Shown in pieces: positions 47,408-52,873 of a stretch of DNA of 52,873 nt. Under the pieces are notes generated by a model that worked only from the letters and a program-made list of their open reading frames with translations, was not told the origin of the DNA and ran no database searches. How positions within the stretch are numbered: the first letter of the stretch is position 1; every line of letters begins with the position of its first letter. A program made the position numbers and the translations under genes. The DNA comes from a virus (taxonomy: Duplodnaviria; Caudoviricetes), in IMG/VR virus record IMGVR_UViG_3300030098_001117, positions 1 to 52,873 of that record; one strand, 5' to 3'.

Positions 47408-49109
47408 CTTGTAATCCCCTTCTGTATGAACCTCCACGCATTGCAGCTTCTAATACTGCTCCCTTAGTTACATCTGATATTTGAGGTAACATCTTTGTAA
47501 CTTCTGCTCTAACTGTTGGCACTACTCCTGTAGCAAAGTTTATAGATTGATTTACTATAACAGGAGAACCACCACCCATAGCATTTCTAGTATTCATGTT
47601 ATTCATTATTGTTCCACCAGTATTAGGGACAAATATTTCTGGTCCACGTTCTCCTACTATAGTTGGCTGACCACGTTGAGCTGCACCACCTCCTGCCAAT
47701 GTTGGTAATTCTTTAAAATCTTCTCCTCCTAACCCTAGTCCGCTTGTATGGAAAATAGCATTTAGTATTTTATTTATTACTGCCATTTGTAAAAATATAG
47801 CGATAATTTGACTTACTAATTTTCTTGCAAAATCCTTAAATGCGTCAAGTGCATTTTGTGAGTTCATTAAAGCATCAACAAAGTCCATAGCAAAAGCCTG
47901 TGAAGTAGACACTATCGCTTGAGTCATCATCTGTGCTGCCCCCTCAACATCATCTGCCTTATCTATCACTTCATTTATAGAATTTTTAAATTCTGTAAAG
48001 TCTAAATCTTTATCTATTTGTCCCATATCTTTCATTTTCTTAAAAAATGGCTCAATAGCAGCATCGCCTTCTTTCATTATTTGTTTTATTTCTTTTAAAG
48101 GGTCTTGTGATTTTCTGTAAATACCAAGCAGTTGAGTTCTTAAATTTAACTCCCTACCCATAAGTCTTATTCTTTCTATTTCTTCATCAGTAGGTTCAGG
48201 TGTCTCCATATTTCCTGTACCCCCACCATCTTGACCACCAAACCAAGTATAAATATTTACACCGCCTAGTTCTTTGTAATCTTTTATAGATTGCGTAATC
48301 CTATTAAGAAATCCAGTTAATTCGTCTGTTGTTTTCTTCAGGAAAGTATCAAGACCAGAACGATAGATTTCATCCATTAAACTTTTCCATGCAATTTCAA
48401 GATTAGAAGCCTTAATAGCTAATGTCTCCATCTGGTCAGCAACAGCACCACCGAATCTTTCTTGTAAGCCTGAAGTTAATGCTTTAACTAAAATTGCTGC
48501 ACCTTCAGCTGATTTACCGAAATCTGCTATGTCTTGCCTAGTTAAACCCAATCTATCTTGAAATATTGTGAATACGTCAACCCCTCTATCAGTTATCATA
48601 TTAAGTTCTTCTAAACCTAGACCACCACCTACAGACCTCTGTGTCATTTTGATTAAAGCCTCAAATGTACCTAATGTATCAGTAGCTACTGAAGCCGTAT
48701 CTGCAAATGTTTGTAATTGTGCTTCATTAGGCTCTATACCTGCTGATTTAAGAGCAATGAAAGCCTTTGTTACAGTTTCTATTTGGAAGGGGGTTGTTTG
48801 TGCAAAAGTAATTACCCTTTGCATGGCAATTTTGCCTTGCTCCATTCCTCCAAAAACTTTATTCAAAGAAACTGCTAAAGTTTCAAATTCCATTCCAACT
48901 TTAACGACATTTCTACCTAACAAGGCAGCAGCAGCACCCAAAGCTACAACGGCAACCCTAGCTTTTGAAAAAGCAGCAGCCATACTTGTACCTGCTTGCT
49001 TTGAATTTTTGCCTGTATTTTTTAATTGTTTATTTGTTTGATCAAGTTTTTTCCTAAGGTCTTTTGTATCAGCCTTAATTTCAACAATTAATTGATCTAC
49101 TGTAGCCAT
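47400..49109 (-). CDS. Tape measure protein (569 aa)
   Basis: ATVDQLIVEIKAD, FAQTTPFQIE tape-measure domain, C-terminal AGGG...VGERGPEIFVP. Confidence 0.9.
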   Translation of the reverse strand: MATVDQLIVEIKADTKDLRKKLDQTNKQLKNTGKNSKQAGTSMAAAFSKARVAVVALGAAAALLGRNVVKVGMEFETLAVSLNKVFGGMEQGKIAMQRVITFAQTTPFQIETVTKAFIALKSAGIEPNEAQLQTFADTASVATDTLGTFEALIKMTQRSVGGGLGLEELNMITDRGVDVFTIFQDRLGLTRQDIADFGKSAEGAAILVKALTSGLQERFGGAVADQMETLAIKASNLEIAWKSLMDEIYRSGLDTFLKKTTDELTGFLNRITQSIKDYKELGGVNIYTWFGGQDGGGTGNMETPEPTDEEIERIRLMGRELNLRTQLLGIYRKSQDPLKEIKQIMKEGDAAIEPFFKKMKDMGQIDKDLDFTEFKNSINEVIDKADDVEGAAQMMTQAIVSTSQAFAMDFVDALMNSQNALDAFKDFARKLVSQIIAIFLQMAVINKILNAIFHTSGLGLGGEDFKELPTLAGGGAAQRGQPTIVGERGPEIFVPNTGGTIMNNMNTRNAMGGGSPVIVNQSINFATGVVPTVRAEVTKMLPQISDVTKGAVLEAAMRGGSYRRGLQGG

Positions 49110-49324
49110 TATTCGTCAGGGTATAATTCCATTAAATTTTCCAATTCATCACTGGTCATGGGTTTTTCTTGTTCTGCAGCATGGAATTGTTTAAATCCTT
49201 TTATAGCTTCCCACATTTCTCTAGGAGACATATCCCAAAAATCTTTTGGTCGCATCATCATCATGCCTAAACAAATTTGCATATATAATTCCCATTCTAT
49301 TCTTGTATCTCCTGTGGCTTTTTT
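49109..49324 (-). CDS. Tail assembly chaperone, -1 frame (gpT-like) portion
   Basis: Not in the ORF track. The -1 frame KATGDTRIEWELYMQICLGMMMRPKDFWDMSPREMWEAIKG...LMELYPDE* is entered at the slippery site A-AAA-AAG. Confidence 0.8.
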   Translation of the reverse strand, partial: KKATGDTRIEWELYMQICLGMMMMRPKDFWDMSPREMWEAIKGFKQFHAAEQEKPMTSDELENLMELYPDE

Positions 49325-49656
49325 TCTTCACCACCTTCTTCAGCTGATTCTGGGTCAGTTAATGAATCTGCTAATAGCTGAGCTACTATAGTTGATGCTT
49401 CTAATAGAGTTGCTTTCTGTATAATATCTTTGATTTTTCTTTCATCAAAGTCATTACCACCACCTCTAAGAGCATACTTCAATACTATTATCAAAGTCTT
49501 AACTCTTACTTTAGCCTGTGATATATCGTTAGCTAATTCAAGAATTCCTTTATCAAGTTCATCTTCTATCTTAACCAGTGAATCTATGGTGAGCCTACAT
49601 TTGTAAGTTTCACCGCCCAAGTCTATCTCAATCTCGCCCTTTAGTGGGTTTGTCAT
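49297..49656 (-). CDS. Tail assembly chaperone (gpG-like)
   Basis: MTNPLKGEIEIDLGGETYKCRLT..L..IE; lies between the tail tube and TMP; AGGAG RBS. Confidence 0.8.
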   Translation of the reverse strand: MTNPLKGEIEIDLGGETYKCRLTIDSLVKIEDELDKGILELANDISQAKVRVKTLIIVLKYALRGGGNDFDERKIKDIIQKATLLEASTIVAQLLADSLTDPESAEEGGEEKKPQEIQE

Positions 49657-49873
49657 CTGACTTCTCCTGTTTTGTACTTGCCATTGCAAGTTTGATTAAA
49701 ATTATGTCGTCTCTTTCGTCAACCGAACTAGATAACACTTTATAGGTTTTACCATCTATTTTTACTTCAGATGGGTCCTTACCTAACTGGTTAGGCAGTT
49801 CAAGTTCATCGTCTTTTAACATTCCAACGATGTTACCTTTACTGCCTTTAACTTTTACCTGTTCCCAAGCCAT
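49628..49873 (-). CDS. Hypothetical tail-region protein
   Basis: 81 aa ORF between the tail tube and chaperone genes. Confidence 0.5.
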   Translation of the reverse strand: MAWEQVKVKGSKGNIVGMLKDDELELPNQLGKDPSEVKIDGKTYKVLSSSVDERDDIILIKLAMASTKQEKSDDKPTKGRD

Positions 49874-49875
49874 AA

Positions 49876-50289
49876 TTAGACTGTAGCGAATGTAATAGCA
49901 CCTGCACTTTCAAAAGATACACTGTAAGTGACCTCTCCGTTGTACTCACCTGCATATTCTAGGGAAGTAACTTGGAAAGCACCTGTGAATGTACCGAAAT
50001 CAGGAACTAAGAATTGGTAATTATTTTGCGTGTCTGCTAAAGCGTTAGTCTTTAGAGTTGTTTCACTTGCTCCATCAGTGAATACACCACTGCCTGAAAC
50101 ACTAATAGACTGAACCCCTGCGTCTGCTAATAAAGTTCTGTTATTAGAACTGTCCTTATTAGTAACGTCTACGGATTCATTATTAACTGTAAGACTTGTT
50201 GACCTTAGACCTGCTATTGTTGTGAAAGTTTCAGGAGAACCGCCATTCCCCACTTTCATTAGCATTGCACTACCTTTTTGTGCTGCCAT
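49876..50289 (-). CDS. Major tail tube protein (TP901-1/GTA-like)
   Basis: MAAQKG..L.KVG, GLRST.L..N.ESVDVTNKDS, SVSGSGVF, G.FQVTSLEYAGEYNGE.TY..SFESAG. Confidence 0.92.
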   Translation of the reverse strand: MAAQKGSAMLMKVGNGGSPETFTTIAGLRSTSLTVNNESVDVTNKDSSNNRTLLADAGVQSISVSGSGVFTDGASETTLKTNALADTQNNYQFLVPDFGTFTGAFQVTSLEYAGEYNGEVTYSVSFESAGAITFATV

Positions 50290-50376
50290 ATTTATACTCC
50301 AATTACGAAAGTATTAGTTAGATACTTTCTAATTAAAAAAGCCAACTGGCATCCAAAATTTATTAGTAACAGCTAG

Positions 50377-50784
50377 TTAAGAAGTTCCTAATATTATGGC
50401 TCGGAATCGCATGACACCGTGCCTTGTTATCCCATCTGGGTCTCTCATAATATCACTGTATTCAAATCTACTATTCACTAGATTATATCCAGTAACACTA
50501 AGATTGTAATCATGCAACAAATCATGGATTCTGTCCATTATTGTTTTTGTTTCTTTGCTCCCTTTGTACTGGGACCAAACATGAATATTAACTGTTAATT
50601 CTCCACCATCTACGTCTTTAGTGCTGTAATCTATGGCAGTTTCTTCACCTATAGTAACAAATGGATAGCTGTTGCCTTCTTGCACTTCATCATACACACC
50701 TGCTCCATGTGTATTGGTTAAAGTAGAGTCTGTATTTAATCTGCTATAAATAGCAGTCTGTAATGCAAATTGACCTATAGCCAT
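50377..50784 (-). CDS. Tail terminator/completion protein (DUF3168)
   Basis: LQTAIYSRL, VYDEV, YPFVTIGE, IHVWS, RDPDGITRHGVMRFRA. Confidence 0.9.
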   Translation of the reverse strand: MAIGQFALQTAIYSRLNTDSTLTNTHGAGVYDEVQEGNSYPFVTIGEETAIDYSTKDVDGGELTVNIHVWSQYKGSKETKTIMDRIHDLLHDYNLSVTGYNLVNSRFEYSDIMRDPDGITRHGVMRFRAIILGTS

Positions 50785-51227
50785 TATTTTAAATATCCCC
50801 CTTGCTTAAATATTCTCTTTATTTTAGGTTTATTTTTTTCTAATGCAGGAAACATGAAAGGTCTTGCTGACATTTGAGAAGTACCAAACTCTAGAGCCTT
50901 TGCGTAAGGTGCAGATGCCACAATTTGACCTATAACTTTAGTGCCTTCTGATTTAACTTGACTGGTTATGTTTTGTACTAAAAAACCAGTATCACTAGCA
51001 GGTGGCTCTCCTGCTGCTGAAGCAGTATGTGTTCTAGTGGGATTGTACTTTGTATAAGTTATGCCAGACTTATTTCCACTTACTATGCTCTGTTTGGCAG
51101 TGCCTTCTACTAATGTGGTACTTCTCTGAACCAAGCCTTTCAAATGTTTCTCAGGATTAGTTACGATTCTTTTTTTTAGTTTATTTTGAAAAGCCTTTAA
51201 ATCTTTTATTCCACTTTGTTTTGCCAT
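50784..51227 (-). CDS. HK97 gp10-like neck/tail completion protein
   Basis: ASAAGEPPASDTGFL, YAKALEFGTSQMSARPFMFPAL. Confidence 0.9.
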   Translation of the reverse strand: MAKQSGIKDLKAFQNKLKKRIVTNPEKHLKGLVQRSTTLVEGTAKQSIVSGNKSGITYTKYNPTRTHTASAAGEPPASDTGFLVQNITSQVKSEGTKVIGQIVASAPYAKALEFGTSQMSARPFMFPALEKNKPKIKRIFKQGGYLK

Positions 51228-51550
51228 TAGATTGCTACCCCCAACTCACATTCTAACTCTAAAAATCTATCTCTGTTGTCCACATTTTTAATGGTTTTTA
51301 TGTTGTAAGTATCACTATCGTACAGTATGCGGTAATTAGTGCCTATATCCCTGCGATAACGTATTGTGATTGCATGAGTTGTCTTTTCTTGTACTTGACC
51401 CTGCCTGTAAGTTTCCGTTCCTCTCAGGGGCTTTATGTCAGCCCAAAGATTAGCTAATGTGGACCATGCTTCCGTTAATCCACCACCTGTGTCTCTTGTA
51501 TTTGTAGGTTTTTGCAATTCAACCTCATATCGCATCTTACCTATACTCAT
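51227..51550 (-). CDS. Head closure protein (SPP1 gp16-like)
   Basis: IGKMR..V.LQ...DTGGG..W...WA.IKP..G.E, THAITIRYR. Confidence 0.9.
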   Translation of the reverse strand: MSIGKMRYEVELQKPTNTRDTGGGLTEAWSTLANLWADIKPLRGTETYRQGQVQEKTTHAITIRYRRDIGTNYRILYDSDTYNIKTIKNVDNRDRFLELECELGVAI

Positions 51551-52203
51551 TATCCAACTGCCATTAATGTACTTGACCCTAGACCACCATGTATCACATA
51601 AGGGGCATACAAAGACTTCATAAGACTAGGTGTTCCCTGTGCTTCATACATATCTCCTCTGTGTTCGTACATATAGGCTATGTGTTGCAACATACCCATT
51701 CTAATAGGCTCAGGTACTGTGTAGGCGTTTGTATATCCTGCTACATAAATAACTTCTATAGCATTAGCTACTCGTAAAGCAGTAGGGAAGTTTTCTCCTG
51801 TTCTTAAAACTATTCTCGCAGGCTCTCTAGCAGTATCTACATAGTATTTGCTTGCTGCCATAGTAGTCGCATTATCAGAATCGTCATAAGTTTTTAATGA
51901 GGTTACGCTTTGCACTGGACCTTTCGGAAGTACAACATAATTTTTGTAATAATTTATATCAGGAGCTGTCCTCATTCCTTCCCATAAAGGATCTTCAGTA
52001 TCTAAAGCTGTATCTATAGTTAAAGTAAGTGTTTGTTGCATTAAGGCTCTATTCATGTGTGATTCTGCATATTGCCTTGCTGCTAATATCAAAGGTTGTA
52101 CTATTCTTTCATCTGTTGAATCTTCAACCCTTAAATATTCTTTTACCTCTTGTAAAGATAAAGGTTCTGCTGTTGGTTCTGTGCTTACTGTTAGACCTGC
52201 CAT
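51550..52203 (-). CDS. Head-tail connector (gp6/phiE125 gp8-like)
   Basis: EPLSLQEVKEYLRV, AARQYAE....RAL..QT, Y.AGY, VPEPIR..ML..IAYMYEHRG. Confidence 0.9.
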   Translation of the reverse strand: MAGLTVSTEPTAEPLSLQEVKEYLRVEDSTDERIVQPLILAARQYAESHMNRALMQQTLTLTIDTALDTEDPLWEGMRTAPDINYYKNYVVLPKGPVQSVTSLKTYDDSDNATTMAASKYYVDTAREPARIVLRTGENFPTALRVANAIEVIYVAGYTNAYTVPEPIRMGMLQHIAYMYEHRGDMYEAQGTPSLMKSLYAPYVIHGGLGSSTLMAVG

Positions 52204-52394
52204 TACATTACTGCTCCTAATATACCTGAAGTAATTAAGACACCATAAAGACCCCAGATTAGATATTCAATGCGTACAAATCTAGCAGAGCCTGATTCCA
52301 ACCTCTTTTCTAAATTCTCGTACCTAATAGCACATATTTGTTCGTGCAGTTCTAAAGCACTTACATCATTGCTTGGTTTCGCTATCTCCTGCAT
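52203..52394 (-). CDS. Small coiled-coil plus TM protein
   Basis: HEQICAIRYENLEKRL...RIEYLIWGLYGVLI. Confidence 0.55.
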   Translation of the reverse strand: MQEIAKPSNDVSALELHEQICAIRYENLEKRLESGSARFVRIEYLIWGLYGVLITSGILGAVM

Positions 52395-52686
52395 CTTCTT
52401 CTATTACCTCAACTTCATCTTCTTCAGGTTTGTTGATTTCGTTTTCCATTATCCAATCACGTCTGCGTTCAGTATTAGCTAAGTTATCTTGTATATCTAA
52501 CTGTAAATTAACTAACGCTTCATTCAGTTTTGTTAATTGAACTTGGTAATCCAATAGTCTTTTGAATTGAATTTTGCCTTCATCAGAAAAACTTTCATTC
52601 ACATCTATGTCTATTGTTTCACCATCTTTGTCATAACGAAATGTAGGTTTAGGGCTTTCATTTGAATTGTCTTTGGTATCTACCAT
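52366..52686 (-). CDS. Hypothetical coiled-coil protein after fibre gene
   Basis: AGGAG RBS; acidic, with a heptad-like centre. Confidence 0.55.
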   Translation of the reverse strand: MVDTKDNSNESPKPTFRYDKDGETIDIDVNESFSDEGKIQFKRLLDYQVQLTKLNEALVNLQLDIQDNLANTERRRDWIMENEINKPEEDEVEVIEEDAGDSETKQ

Positions 52687-52726
52687 GTCTTTCTCCTAAG
52701 TTAAAATTGTAGTTTAGCATCATATA

Positions 52727-52873
52727 TCAGCTATCTTCTAGTGTTTTAATTCTTGCTTCTAGTTCTTGTATTGTTTTGACTAACAATGGAACTAACTTAG
52801 CTTGGTCTATACCTTGATATACAGGGAATGTTTTTGATTCTACCCACGTTGAATCAGAAGGATATGTTCCGTC
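52727..52873 (-). CDS. C-terminus of a fibre protein with S74-like chaperone (partial)
   Basis: Manual: ...DGTYPSDSTWVESKTFPVYQGIDQAKLVPLLVKTIQELEARIKTLEDS*. Confidence 0.8.
   Translation of the reverse strand, partial: DGTYPSDSTWVESKTFPVYQGIDQAKLVPLLVKTIQELEARIKTLEDS

Noticed and set aside
50301-50350. Terminator upstream of the tail tube gene
   Set aside because: A hairpin exists (GAAAGTAT-N7-ATACTTTC) but the U-tract is on the wrong side for the coding strand; it may be a translational or stability element, so it was not called.
45473-52203. Gene transfer agent cluster
   Set aside because: Tail genes are GTA-like, but replication, recombination, early genes and lysis are all present and no host genes flank them.

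Overview
This window is an AT-rich, probably near-complete genome of a tailed dsDNA phage with siphovirus-type HK97-fold head and non-contractile tail genes, most likely infecting a marine Gram-negative bacterium. Both window ends fall inside fibre-like genes, so it looks like a circular or permuted genome opened within a fibre gene. The minus strand carries one long late region: terminase, portal, protease, capsid and decoration genes; then three large fibre genes placed unusually between the head and neck genes; then neck, tail tube, frameshifted tail chaperones, tape measure, tail tip and lysis genes. The middle holds an amidoligase plus gamma-glutamylcyclotransferase cassette, an IbrA/IbrB-like (PAPS-reductase plus ParB) and methyltransferase cluster, a T7-type primase-helicase, a Cro-like gene, and early recombination genes (PD-(D/E)XK nuclease, ERF, Ref-like). 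I saw no DNA polymerase, integrase, tRNA or CRISPR array. The standout feature is a tightly overlapping six-gene module at about 34.8-40.3 kb, joined to the lysis cassette: csgF - csgG - curlin-like - secreted FecR-domain - curlin-like - CHASE2 class III adenylate cyclase. It looks like a phage-encoded curli (type VIII) secretion system coupled to a trans-envelope cAMP signalling relay. All calls come from motif recognition by eye; no database searches were run.
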